Part shown: piece by piece, positions 49,381 through 59,507 of the stretch
Layout: every line of letters starts with the position of its first letter
Numbering within the stretch: the stretch's first letter is position 1
Source: an uncultured Fidelibacterota bacterium
GTDB lineage: Bacteria > Fidelibacterota > Marinisomatia > Marinisomatales > UBA8229
NCBI GenBank assembly: GCA_913041945.1
Contig: CAJWIT010000004.1
Span: 568 to 64,567 of the forward strand
Direction of reading: 5' to 3'
Length of the DNA: 64,000 bases
Translations under genes and position numbers: made by a program
The notes under the pieces: generated by a model
The model's input: only the letters and a program-made list of their open reading frames with translations
What the model was told of the DNA's origin: nothing
Databases searched by the model: none

Positions 49381-50717
49381 TTCCCCTGTCTAAAATATTT
49401 TTTCATGATTCGGTTCGAGGAATTAATAATCCAGCGGCATATACGAACAATTGGTAAAAATAATCTTGCTACCGGGAATACAGTTACATAACTCATATAA
49501 TAGTTACCATAAGAAAAAATATCCCAAACTCTTTTTTTATATGATTTCCCCTTGTAAACTGGTGCAGGTAATCCCAATATCTGACGTATCCATACTCTGG
49601 AAGGAGCTCTCTTTTTAAATTCTATATTCTGTGATAACCGTACTTCACTGCTATCTGCTTCTTCGGATGCTATGATTCCGTTAAGAATAGCTTTGTCTAC
49701 CAACTGCATGCCAATTTCATTTCGTATAACCAGCATGGATTTTCCTTTACTTTCCTTTAGTAAAAAACGTTTATTCCATGGATCAGCAAAGGATATATCT
49801 GCTAATTCTGCTGTTAGATCAACACAGGTAAGACACCTTGGAATTTGGAAATCATAATGGAAAGCTGAACTGAATAACAGCTTTCGTTGCCACGAGGTTT
49901 CGGTTGTTCCACGTTTTATTTCTTTCATAGTCCCATCCTTCAATGTGACAATAATATTCCCCGGCCAACCTTTACCTCTATATCTTATATTTTTTACCTG
50001 TTCTGGATCGATATATTTTTGCCACAGAAAATATTCTGTGGCAAAAATAGTATTATTATTTGCACAGTAAAGACCAAGGTGTAATACAATCTTTTCTGCA
50101 ATTCCTGGGGTCATTTGCTCCCACTTACGGATCCCATGAATGTGACACGGTAATCCAACAACGGCATATTTTCCATCTGTTTTAAGTATCTCAGACAAGG
50201 GCTCACCAATATGTGCTGAACAGTATTTCGAACCGGATGCTGCTTTGATTTCTTCAGAAGTCGTTGCTAAGATACCCCTTGGGATTAAGGGATTATCTTC
50301 ATCAGACTTAACGACAATAGCTCCATCAATAATATTTTCTGTTAATGCAAAAATAAGGAGAGTGGGTATTAAGCCGCCTGAGGAAGAACGATACCGAATA
50401 TTTTCGTCTTTGGAATGTGCATAAACTGTCTTGACAAATGATCCCAATATATCCGCTTCTGCATTTCCATTAACCCAACGGTTGCCCAGCTTTTGAAAAT
50501 CGACTTCAACCCCAGGACATACAATCACACATTTCCCATTCTTCATTTGACCACAATAATTGCATGCATCATTATCAATCGATGGAACAAAATATCCTCT
50601 CTTTTGATCCATCCCTATTTGGATAGCATTTTCCGGACATATACTGCTGCAGACACCACATCCCATACACAGGTTGTCATTGACGACTTTTTCGACTGTC
50701 CGGTATTGTGTTAACAT
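49377..50717 (-). CDS. FrhB-like (coenzyme F420 hydrogenase/dehydrogenase beta-subunit family) Fe-S flavoprotein
   Basis: 446 aa with an N-terminal ferredoxin-type CMGCGVCSSICP plus a second Cys cluster. Length and context are typical of FrhB-like proteins paired with pyruvyl transferases. ATGA-type 4-nt overlap with the downstream gene. Confidence 0.7.
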   Translation of the reverse strand: MLTQYRTVEKVVNDNLCMGCGVCSSICPENAIQIGMDQKRGYFVPSIDNDACNYCGQMKNGKCVIVCPGVEVDFQKLGNRWVNGNAEADILGSFVKTVYAHSKDENIRYRSSSGGLIPTLLIFALTENIIDGAIVVKSDEDNPLIPRGILATTSEEIKAASGSKYCSAHIGEPLSEILKTDGKYAVVGLPCHIHGIRKWEQMTPGIAEKIVLHLGLYCANNNTIFATEYFLWQKYIDPEQVKNIRYRGKGWPGNIIVTLKDGTMKEIKRGTTETSWQRKLLFSSAFHYDFQIPRCLTCVDLTAELADISFADPWNKRFLLKESKGKSMLVIRNEIGMQLVDKAILNGIIASEEADSSEVRLSQNIEFKKRAPSRVWIRQILGLPAPVYKGKSYKKRVWDIFSYGNYYMSYVTVFPVARLFLPIVRICRWIINSSNRIMKKYFRQGK

Positions 50718-52028
50718 TTAGTTCTTTGATGATCCAAACCAATTTTTCCCTCGCGAATGATTATATAACACTGGCAACATCATAAGATAATATACTGAGA
50801 CTATCTTTGCGTAGAATGAAATGAATGTTTGAAAATCCACATGAAATACCTTTGTCCATACCAAAACAGTTAGTGTAATAATCAATAGGCCAATCTGCCA
50901 TATTAATGAGGCAATCTGTTTGTCAAAAATATTATTGATCGTGCTTAAAGGCGATACAATAAATTTCATCATAATAAACGGAATCAAGATTTTTGTGAAC
51001 TGGCCGGCGATTTTCCATTTGTCACCAAAAACAAAAGCAAAAATGTCTTCCACGACAAAATACAACGGAATAAAAATAACAAAGGATAGCATAACAAGTT
51101 TAGAAACTACAGCTTTGAATGTCTTAACAGATCTCCCCGTTTCTTGCTGCTCGCGCAATGCTTGTTGATAAAACACTTGACCAACGGACGTTCCAATTAA
51201 ATTGATCGGCATAGCAATTATTTTATTGGCAAAGGAATAAAAACCCAACGTAGTGATTGAAAAAAAGGAGGACACACTTACATTGACAACATTTTGCGTT
51301 AAAGCATTTGACATAATTGCCCAAAGAGAGTATTTAGGAAAGCGAATATATCGTTTTGCAAGCGAACGAATTTTCTCGAGAGTAACAACCTGAAATATTT
51401 TTCTCAGATTAACAGTATTTTTTACTAACGTCATAGTTGACGTAATTGTCGAAAAGATCTGTCCCGATATAAGACCGGAAACTCCCGATTTTACAACCCC
51501 TAAAATGATCTGAATCGTTGCAAGAACCAACGATTTATACACATTTGCCTTAGCTATCATTTTATATTGTTTCTGTCGTGTGGCGTATACATTTATAATA
51601 TTAAAGGATCCCAATAAAAAGATCATTAGGGGAACAAAATACAGCCAAACTGAAATCGCATCATTGTTGAGAAGAATAACAATCCGACCATAGAATAAAA
51701 GAATCACCATCAAAATCATACAACAGATCACAACCAAAAATGAGAGTGATAAAACGATTAGATTAAGAGCATCTTCATCTTTTTCCGGAAGAATAATCGC
51801 CTGCTCATATCTGGCACTTGCTATCGCTCCCACTAGCATAGAAACGGACAGGAACAGCGCCAGAACACCAAAATCCTCCGGAGTGTAAATTCTCGTCAGA
51901 ATTGGACTGATCGCGATGGGGATAATTTGTGCGATTGTCGTCCCTGTAACCAGAGTAAATACATTCCTGCTAAACTCCGTATTCAGGTTCAGTATTTTTT
52001 TTAGTTCATTCAACATCGGCTTATGCAT
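50718..52028 (-). CDS. Wzx-type oligosaccharide flippase (polysaccharide biosynthesis protein, MOP superfamily)
   Basis: 436 aa, about 12 TM segments, N-terminal FSRNVFTLVTGTTIAQIIPIAISPILTRIYTPEDFG. Confidence 0.8.
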   Translation of the reverse strand: MHKPMLNELKKILNLNTEFSRNVFTLVTGTTIAQIIPIAISPILTRIYTPEDFGVLALFLSVSMLVGAIASARYEQAIILPEKDEDALNLIVLSLSFLVVICCMILMVILLFYGRIVILLNNDAISVWLYFVPLMIFLLGSFNIINVYATRQKQYKMIAKANVYKSLVLATIQIILGVVKSGVSGLISGQIFSTITSTMTLVKNTVNLRKIFQVVTLEKIRSLAKRYIRFPKYSLWAIMSNALTQNVVNVSVSSFFSITTLGFYSFANKIIAMPINLIGTSVGQVFYQQALREQQETGRSVKTFKAVVSKLVMLSFVIFIPLYFVVEDIFAFVFGDKWKIAGQFTKILIPFIMMKFIVSPLSTINNIFDKQIASLIWQIGLLIITLTVLVWTKVFHVDFQTFISFYAKIVSVYYLMMLPVLYNHSRGKNWFGSSKN

Positions 52029-53172
52029 TCAGAATCGCTTGATAGAAAATCACAGTCTCTTTTACCATTTTTTTCACGGTAAATTCATTTACAGTGGAAT
52101 ACCCATTACTTATGATTTTTTTCCTAAATGCAACATCATTGATTTCCTTTTGAATTGCCTTCTTAAGAGCCTGACTATTCCGAGGCGACACTAAAATTCC
52201 ATTTTCCCCATCTTTGATCAATTCTAGTGTTCCGCCAACGTTTCCTCCAATGACGGGGAGTCCCTGTGCCATCGCCTCCAAAAACACCAACCCGAAGCCT
52301 TCCATCAGCGAAGGCATAACAAAAACAGAAGCTTTCCGATAATAAGTTTTTATCTTTTCGGGAGGAATCCATCCGATAAATTCCACGCTGTCCATCACAC
52401 CCAACTTACCCGCTAATTTCTTCATTCTACCTATGTTTTGGTTTTTGCCAATAACCTGTAATGTCAATCCAGGAATTTCTTTTAACAATTCAGGAATTGT
52501 TTTCAAAATGACCGGTAACCCTTTTCTCTGAACATTTCCTCCTACAAGAAGCATGATCGGTCTATGGAAGCGTTCTTTTTCCAGTTGATCATCAATAGGG
52601 ACGCAATCCAGATCCAATCCCAGATAAATTGTTTTTATTTTTTCAGATGGGATATCGTATGCCTTGGAAACAGTTTCTGCTGTTGCATTAGAATTGGCCG
52701 AAAGTCCAGCCAGCTTTCGCAGTGCTTTTCTTTCGGTCAGAGTGACGAAAGAATAATATAACCAACGTCTTATCCAATCCACATAATCATTTTTATAATA
52801 GAATGGATTCCAGTTATGTCTTGCGAAATAGTCATCGTGAAGTGTGCCTATTGCCGGGATATTTCCCTTATAGGCATATGATTCCCGTGCATCGGTAAAG
52901 TGAATAAGATCAGCATCAACTTTTTTGATAACCTCAGCATATGCGTAGGACAAAGAATACCACCCCCCGTGCGTCAAATCATGTTTAGATGGTGATACAG
53001 GAATAAAATCCATTCCTTCAGTATCCATTGGATTTCCTGGAGAGATCACTGTGACTTTTATACCTGACTTAACTAAACCTCTAGCTAAGTGTGTGGAATA
53101 CGCTCCAAGTCCAGACCAATAATTATTGAATTGCTGGGTACAGAGGACTATATGTTTTAAGGTAGATACCAA
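52021..53172 (-). CDS. Glycosyltransferase family 4 (GT-B)
   Basis: 383 aa with VMPSLMEGFGLVFLEAMAQGLPVIG (E-x7-E region). TTG start per the track. Confidence 0.85.
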   Translation of the reverse strand: MVSTLKHIVLCTQQFNNYWSGLGAYSTHLARGLVKSGIKVTVISPGNPMDTEGMDFIPVSPSKHDLTHGGWYSLSYAYAEVIKKVDADLIHFTDARESYAYKGNIPAIGTLHDDYFARHNWNPFYYKNDYVDWIRRWLYYSFVTLTERKALRKLAGLSANSNATAETVSKAYDIPSEKIKTIYLGLDLDCVPIDDQLEKERFHRPIMLLVGGNVQRKGLPVILKTIPELLKEIPGLTLQVIGKNQNIGRMKKLAGKLGVMDSVEFIGWIPPEKIKTYYRKASVFVMPSLMEGFGLVFLEAMAQGLPVIGGNVGGTLELIKDGENGILVSPRNSQALKKAIQKEINDVAFRKKIISNGYSTVNEFTVKKMVKETVIFYQAILNA

Positions 53173-53188
53173 AATTATTTTATTGATA

Positions 53189-55579
53189 TCAAGTCAATTT
53201 GAGGCGTTGTCGATTAATCCAGATGCCATAGCCTAGTAATACAATCAACACTGCAATGAAAATGGCCCTGCTTATAAATAGCGCCCGATAAAAAGATGGT
53301 AAGGCAAAACGAAATTCCACTTTATGATCCCCTGCGGGAACCATGACAGACTGCATAAAGTGATTCGTTTGATATATTTCGGTTTCTTCTCCATCTATGT
53401 AAGCATGCCAGCCAGGTGGATAATATCCCTCACTAAAAGCCAATAATGCATCATTTATCATTTCCACAGAAATTGTCGTTTTCTCCGATTTCCAATGTTC
53501 AATCTTAACTTTTGACCCTTCCGAATTAAACTGCATTTTAGGTATTTTTTTTGTAAGGACAGCTTTTTCAACAGGATTGAAATTGCTTGCTCTGATCAAA
53601 TTTAGTGTTTCTAATTTATCTTGAGATACAACCACGCTGTCAATCAGGAATACCCTCGGTAACCAGTTTTTCAACCGATAAATATGCTCTCCCTGTATTG
53701 ATTGTTCAAGAATCAATTCAGGGTGATTAAATCGTTTCCTTGAAATAGTATATTTTGTGTTTGTCAATCGAAGAAAATTTAAATTATCAAAAAAATTCTT
53801 ATCAATAAAATCCTGATAATTTGCCATCTTTGCGGCATGATAGCCCCCAACAGAAGAAATCCCAAACCAAGAATATTCATTGGTTGTAAAATTGTCTAAA
53901 GGCAGAATTCTGAACAGTTCCGAATCTTTTTTCAGATAATCAATAACACCCGTTTTCCGTGGTTCCATAGCGCGCCGGGATGTTTTAGAAAACATCGGCG
54001 GAATGACTTTTCGACCCACATATCCGAGATCAGCAATCATTAGGATAAGAATGATTACGACAAATGGTTTCATTTGTATTTTTTGTACCAAGGCAGCCCA
54101 GATAAGACCCAGTGTCCCTGCAGACAGCAAGATGGCTATCCACATATCTTTATAAAACATGTCAAACCTCATTTTATAAAGGTAATTGATTTGTTGTGGA
54201 CTTTGGAATTGTCGGATTCTTTCCGTTGCCTGATCCGCATGGTTATACACACCAAACATTAAGTTTTGTAATCCGTCTCTGAAAATCAGTACGATTACTG
54301 AAAATACGCCTATTCCTATCAATATGCGTATGAGTACCGTTTTCCATTCAGTTCCCTTTTGCTCGGTTATTTTTTCTAGGAAAATCTGAAATCCACAGCC
54401 TGCTAATACAGCCGTGGTCATTGCAAAAAGGATGAGTATCATGGATGGTTCCCGAAACTTATTAAAATAAGGCAAATAATTCAGGAGAAGGGACGATAAA
54501 ATGGAAAAATTCTTTCCCATCGCAATAAAAAAGGAAAATATAAGCATCATTACAAAAAACCAATAGTCACGTCGTTTTTCCCCTGCGATAAGTGCGATGA
54601 GGGCCAAAATCACCACGGGAATACCAAGATAATGAGGATATGAAGTGAATGGCATATCTCCCCAGTACGTATTGCCTCCGAATCCACTAAACCCCGGAAT
54701 AATAAAAGTGAATATTTCCCACCAGTCAAACGACCAACTCGTTGCATAATCAAAGGATAAACCACCTGCACCTGAGGAAGCCCCTGCTCCCCGAATGGAA
54801 AATGGAAGATATTCCTGCATGGGCATCAATACAATGGATGCCATGTAGTATCCTATCCCCAATGAAACTCCGGTCATTCCCATTGTGGTCATCAGTCTGG
54901 TCCATGTTTCCTTCTCGATTATCCCCTGAATCAGCCGATAAAGAGAATATAATCCAATCATCAGCAATCCATAGTACGCTACCTGAGGATGGTAACTGCC
55001 GATCTGAGAACCAACTGCACCGCCCAGAAGAACCATAAATATCCATTTTCGTGTATCCCATAATTGGCGCAGAGCATACAATATTAACGGAAGATGAATA
55101 AAAGTGACGATTCGATTTGTGTGTGGTGTCCCCAGTATTTTCGTCGTAAAAGCAAATGCAACCGCTCCAGCAAACGATGCATAATATCCCAATCCATAGG
55201 ATCTTAATAGCAGTAGCATGAAAATAGCTCCAGCTAGGATATTAAAGGTAAAACCCTTGGCAAGTCTCCGGAGAATATCACCTGGAATAATTTTATAAAT
55301 CGTCTCTAAATTATACTGTAATCGGTATGTTCCAGAAGCATGAAACGGCATTCCACAGAAAATATATGGATACCACAAAGCCTTTTCTCCAAATTCAGCC
55401 TGGTAGTCATTTCGATATTTTTCAAAGATAATTCCCTGGGTCTTCACATCGCCGATTGCAAGTTTTTGTCCCTGTATGACTGGTTCCTGATAAAGAAAAA
55501 CTATTCCCATAATCAATACAAGGATCATCGCAGTCCAAGGTTTCCACTGGATAGTTAGACGATTTATTTTTTTATCCAT
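53189..55579 (-). CDS. YfhO-like polytopic membrane protein (putative GT-C-type extracytoplasmic glycosyltransferase)
   Basis: 796 aa with many TM segments and a C-terminal soluble domain plus a final TM segment. The N-terminal WYPYIFCGMPF is YfhO-like. Confidence 0.6.
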   Translation of the reverse strand: MDKKINRLTIQWKPWTAMILVLIMGIVFLYQEPVIQGQKLAIGDVKTQGIIFEKYRNDYQAEFGEKALWYPYIFCGMPFHASGTYRLQYNLETIYKIIPGDILRRLAKGFTFNILAGAIFMLLLLRSYGLGYYASFAGAVAFAFTTKILGTPHTNRIVTFIHLPLILYALRQLWDTRKWIFMVLLGGAVGSQIGSYHPQVAYYGLLMIGLYSLYRLIQGIIEKETWTRLMTTMGMTGVSLGIGYYMASIVLMPMQEYLPFSIRGAGASSGAGGLSFDYATSWSFDWWEIFTFIIPGFSGFGGNTYWGDMPFTSYPHYLGIPVVILALIALIAGEKRRDYWFFVMMLIFSFFIAMGKNFSILSSLLLNYLPYFNKFREPSMILILFAMTTAVLAGCGFQIFLEKITEQKGTEWKTVLIRILIGIGVFSVIVLIFRDGLQNLMFGVYNHADQATERIRQFQSPQQINYLYKMRFDMFYKDMWIAILLSAGTLGLIWAALVQKIQMKPFVVIILILMIADLGYVGRKVIPPMFSKTSRRAMEPRKTGVIDYLKKDSELFRILPLDNFTTNEYSWFGISSVGGYHAAKMANYQDFIDKNFFDNLNFLRLTNTKYTISRKRFNHPELILEQSIQGEHIYRLKNWLPRVFLIDSVVVSQDKLETLNLIRASNFNPVEKAVLTKKIPKMQFNSEGSKVKIEHWKSEKTTISVEMINDALLAFSEGYYPPGWHAYIDGEETEIYQTNHFMQSVMVPAGDHKVEFRFALPSFYRALFISRAIFIAVLIVLLGYGIWINRQRLKLT

Positions 55580-55592
55580 AATTAGTTTTAAC

Positions 55593-56771
55593 TCAACCCA
55601 TTTTATTGTTAATGGATCTTTGAATTACATTGAGATATTCACTCACCCGGTTTTCCCAAGAATACTTTAATGCCCATTCCCTTCGGGAGACTGTATTGTT
55701 CCTATCATGATCAACCATAGCGTTTTCTATTCCCTGCACAAAGGCATCGTTATCATCTGCAAGATATAGAACCTCCTCAAATTGCTCCAAAACTTCTGAG
55801 GAAGTCGCCACTACCGGTTTACCTAGTGCAAGATACTCAAACATTTTCAAGGGAAGCAATCCTTTCCCAACCTCTGTACGATTGAACGGCATAAGGCATA
55901 CATCAAATCCCGAGATATATTGAGGAACTTCCTCGCGTGATTTCATTCCTAAAAAGTGTACATTTTCCAAATGTTGCAGTTTATGAATATTTGGATTTTT
56001 CTCATTTAATCCAATAATCACAATGGATACCTCCTCATAGCGTCTCGACACTTGGATGAGTAATTCAACATTAATCCATTTCCCAATAGATCCAGAGAAC
56101 CCGATGATGGGCCGTGGAAGGTTCTTCATGTCATCCTGCAGTGATTCATTTGAATAGCGTTCCGGATTAAATAAATCAATATCCACACCGTTAGGAATAT
56201 CAAAAACTTTAGTATTCGGTATTTTAAAATAGTCCAGCAATTTAGCTGAAACTCTAAATACAACATCCACACAGGAAATTAACTTTTTTTCATCTTTGCG
56301 AATCCTCTCCGGTTCCCCCATCCCTGCCATGGGTAAAAGTACCGCCCAATCATCAACACAATGATAAATTGCCACGGATTCATCCAGTTTCCCAATCAAA
56401 TCAGCAGTTTGGTGTAAAAAGGTCCAGAGTATAGGACGTTCAAAATTTAATTTTTTTGCTGCTCTTCGAATTTTTGCAAGAAGTAATTTTTGATTCAGCC
56501 ATCCAATCCACTGAAAGTGATTCCTGTAAGGTAATCGTGGATATGGAGTGAGTACGTATAAATTATCGGTTTCGTCCTGCAGTCTTCCGAATGGAACCAC
56601 GGGCCACTTTTTTCCCATCATTCCAGAAAGCAATTTGCCAAAAGAGTAATTTGCTTCAACATACAGCACACGGTTATTCCTGATGAGTTCCATGGTGATA
56701 TATTGCTTGGACGTCCAGTAACGGTCATCCAGCATTTGATTGGATATCAGAATAATATCTTTGCCTTGCAC
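55593..56771 (-). CDS. Glycosyltransferase (GT-B, family 1/4-like)
   Basis: LPLKMFEYLALGKPVVAT E-x7-E-type motif. I set the start at GTG 56771, 2 nt after the upstream stop. The track ORF would overlap the upstream gene by 100 nt. Confidence 0.72.
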   Translation of the reverse strand: MQGKDIILISNQMLDDRYWTSKQYITMELIRNNRVLYVEANYSFGKLLSGMMGKKWPVVPFGRLQDETDNLYVLTPYPRLPYRNHFQWIGWLNQKLLLAKIRRAAKKLNFERPILWTFLHQTADLIGKLDESVAIYHCVDDWAVLLPMAGMGEPERIRKDEKKLISCVDVVFRVSAKLLDYFKIPNTKVFDIPNGVDIDLFNPERYSNESLQDDMKNLPRPIIGFSGSIGKWINVELLIQVSRRYEEVSIVIIGLNEKNPNIHKLQHLENVHFLGMKSREEVPQYISGFDVCLMPFNRTEVGKGLLPLKMFEYLALGKPVVATSSEVLEQFEEVLYLADDNDAFVQGIENAMVDHDRNNTVSRREWALKYSWENRVSEYLNVIQRSINNKMG

Positions 56772-56773
56772 CG

Positions 56774-57886
56774 TTATAGATCCATCAGAATGGTTTTTAA
56801 TTCTGCTCCCAATTTTTCTATGGAAAGTTTTTCCTGAAAAATCTGATGCCCATTTATTGAAACCGTGTGGCAAATATTTTCATGTGTACGGATGAATCGA
56901 ATCTTTTCTGCTATTTTCTCCGGAGTAGGCTCCGAAGTGAAAATGTGTTCATCCGGTGTCAGAAGTTCACGGATAGCAGGCGTGTCAGCCGTTAAAGCGG
57001 GCTTACCGACAGCTAATGCCTGAAATAATTTATTGGGAATGACCCTTCTGGCTTTATCAGAATCTCCAAAAATTCCAAGAAGAAGATCTGCTTCTGCCAT
57101 CTTTTGTGATAATTGATTATAGGGAATCCAATCCATCAATCGAACATTATCCAACCCCTCTTCATTTATTTTTTTATCTATTTCAGACCGGAGCTGACCT
57201 AAACCTACTAACGTAAATATAATATCCGTTTCAGATTTTAGAATACCAGCGGTTTCAATTATTTTTTCTATTCCATGAAGAGGAATAAATTTTCCAATAA
57301 ACATCACATGAAAATTATTTTTAGGTTTTTCCGTTTGTTCGGGGGAAAATAACCGATCATCCGCTCCAACAAATAATCGTTTAAAATTTATGTTAGGTAG
57401 ATCGAGTTCATTTCTGAAATACTGAATATGGGCTTCCGTATCGAGTAAAACAACGTCCGACATCTTACAGGCGGATCTATCCAAAAAGCGCATCAACCGG
57501 GCTTTTAAGGAAGATGTTGTAAAATAACCACGGTCAACAATTACGGTATCATACAGCGACACTAAAGGATTGAACACCAATTTCTTTCGACAGAAAAACG
57601 CTATCATTTTAGCCAAAAATATATCCAGATGACCAATGTACCCGACAATGATAATATCATGCTTCGGGATGAAGAACACGTATCGAAAAAGAAGTCGAAA
57701 TTGTGCAATAAAAAAACGCAGAATAAAGGTTATTGAAAACCCAAACTTTTCCCCTTTGGTCACCGTTTTTTCCCACAAAGGAACATGGCATTCGAAAACA
57801 GTAACCGCATTCCGACGTAATCCTTCAAGAAATATAGAATTTCTTGGATAGTTTCTTTCGTAAGTACCAAAATAACAGACACTCAT
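56774..57886 (-). CDS. Glycosyltransferase (GT-B, family 1/4-like)
   Basis: About 370 aa with IPNKLFQALAVGKPALTAD. The start is set at ATG 57886 (MSVCYFGTYERNYPRN). The track start is a TTG 4 codons upstream. Confidence 0.72.
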   Translation of the reverse strand: MSVCYFGTYERNYPRNSIFLEGLRRNAVTVFECHVPLWEKTVTKGEKFGFSITFILRFFIAQFRLLFRYVFFIPKHDIIIVGYIGHLDIFLAKMIAFFCRKKLVFNPLVSLYDTVIVDRGYFTTSSLKARLMRFLDRSACKMSDVVLLDTEAHIQYFRNELDLPNINFKRLFVGADDRLFSPEQTEKPKNNFHVMFIGKFIPLHGIEKIIETAGILKSETDIIFTLVGLGQLRSEIDKKINEEGLDNVRLMDWIPYNQLSQKMAEADLLLGIFGDSDKARRVIPNKLFQALAVGKPALTADTPAIRELLTPDEHIFTSEPTPEKIAEKIRFIRTHENICHTVSINGHQIFQEKLSIEKLGAELKTILMDL

Positions 57887-57944
57887 GATTCTTCTCAAAA
57901 CAATTCAGAGGAGTTCCAGAAAATCCAGAAACGAAATAACAGAA

Positions 57945-58862
57945 TTAGATTATCTGTTTTACTCTTGATTCCTTTTCTTGAGCTCCCCTGGTTATCATTT
58001 CAGCAATCAATCCAATGGAAAAGAACCACAATCCAAGTATAAATAACATGGCACCAAATAGCATAAGAGCTAAATGTTCATAAAACGAATGTCCAGAAAA
58101 TATTTTTCTTCCAATTACGTAAAATTCCACAGTAAGTGATGCAAAACCACAAAAAAGCCCAAAAAATCCAAACAGATGGAGTGGTTGCTGAGTATAGCGG
58201 TTCATAAAAATTATCGAGATCAGATCAAAAAATCCATGAAACAACCTGGAACCACCATATTTCGTAACTCCATGAATTCGAGGTCTGTGATTAACTTGAA
58301 TTTCACTGATTCGAAATTTATTATGTCCGGCAAGGGCTGGAATATAACGATGACGTCCACCGTATAAATCAAGGGTCTTAATAACTGCTTTCCGATAAAT
58401 CTTTAGACCACAATTAAAATCATGGATTTTTACTCCCGTCATTATTCGTGTTACATAATTAAATATTTTTGAGGGAAATCTCTTCGAAATTGGATCCTTT
58501 CGCTCTTTTTTCCATCCAGATACAAGATCAAACCCTTCCTCAAGTTTTTTCATTAAATTTGGAATTTCGGCAGGATCATCCTGTAAATCTGCATCCATGG
58601 TAATGAGAAATTCTCCTTTAGCATGCTTAAACCCTTCTGCAAGAGCAGCTGATTTCCCATAATTTCGGTGAAATTGAATCAGGGTCACGTTTTCATCTTT
58701 TCTTGACAAATCGTTAAGAAATTCAGTAGAACCGTCAGTTGAACCATCATCTACAAATAGAATTTCCCACTTACTATAAATATGCAAAACCTTTCGAAGC
58801 TGATCCATTAACTCCGGAAGAGAACCAATTTCATTAAAAACTGGGATGATAACAGAAATCAT
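57945..58862 (-). CDS. Family-2 glycosyltransferase, polyprenyl-phosphate sugar synthase type (GtrB/ArnC/DPM1-like) with two C-terminal TM segments
   Basis: 305 aa with MISVIIPVFNE, FVDDGSTDGS, MDADLQDDP, then two hydrophobic helices at the C-terminus. Confidence 0.88.
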   Translation of the reverse strand: MISVIIPVFNEIGSLPELMDQLRKVLHIYSKWEILFVDDGSTDGSTEFLNDLSRKDENVTLIQFHRNYGKSAALAEGFKHAKGEFLITMDADLQDDPAEIPNLMKKLEEGFDLVSGWKKERKDPISKRFPSKIFNYVTRIMTGVKIHDFNCGLKIYRKAVIKTLDLYGGRHRYIPALAGHNKFRISEIQVNHRPRIHGVTKYGGSRLFHGFFDLISIIFMNRYTQQPLHLFGFFGLFCGFASLTVEFYVIGRKIFSGHSFYEHLALMLFGAMLFILGLWFFSIGLIAEMITRGAQEKESRVKQII

Positions 58863-58874
58863 TTGATCTGCCTG

Positions 58875-59507
58875 TTAATTATGTAAAATTGTTGGAGGAA
58901 TTGCTCTAATTAAACGAGGATAGGACATACCGTATTCCCGTTCTTTAATTTCAATCTCAATCTGGTTTTGATTATCATTAATCTGAAACATAGCCTTAGA
59001 CACCATGGATCCAACAGCGTCTGGTTTCGTTTGAAAGCTAATACTTATGGATTTATGGTCAAACATGAAATCCTTCGGATATTCTTTTCCTCTGAGTTGA
59101 GGGTCAATACCCCAGAAATACCTAGTCAAATCTGTTGGTTCAAGTACTATTAAAAAAGGATACTGACTCTGAATTTGAGTTGTTAAAAACCATTTGTCCT
59201 GGAGAATATCCCAAGCATAAACCTCATTTCCCAAAAGTTGAAGATATAATGTCCGCCGTCCGAGAAAATCACGGAATTGAATATAAGTACTGTCATTCCT
59301 TACTGTAAAATAAAAGGTCAATTTCCCCTGCAATTCTCCCTTTGATATTAGCTGGCCCTTTCCTCGACATTGTTTGTACTCTGATTTCAACTCTTCATAA
59401 GACCATTTATAATCTGGGATTATCATACCATATGCGGGTTTTTGGCTACAATTACTCAGAACAAAAAAAGACATAATTAATACAAGTATGAATCGATTAT
59501 AATTCAC
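58875..59507 (-). CDS. Small lipoprotein, LolB/DUF4292-like (tentative)
   Basis: 210 aa with signal ...FFVLSNC. The call rests mainly on size, the lipobox and the position immediately downstream of a TPR protein. Confidence 0.35.
   Translation of the reverse strand: MNYNRFILVLIMSFFVLSNCSQKPAYGMIIPDYKWSYEELKSEYKQCRGKGQLISKGELQGKLTFYFTVRNDSTYIQFRDFLGRRTLYLQLLGNEVYAWDILQDKWFLTTQIQSQYPFLIVLEPTDLTRYFWGIDPQLRGKEYPKDFMFDHKSISISFQTKPDAVGSMVSKAMFQINDNQNQIEIEIKEREYGMSYPRLIRAIPPTILHN

Noticed and set aside
56772-56873. Long N-terminal extensions of the two GT-B glycosyltransferases (track starts 56873 and 57898)
   Set aside because: The first would overlap the upstream gene by 100 nt. A GTG 2 nt after that gene's stop gives a normal N-terminus. 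The second begins at a TTG 4 codons before a good ATG.
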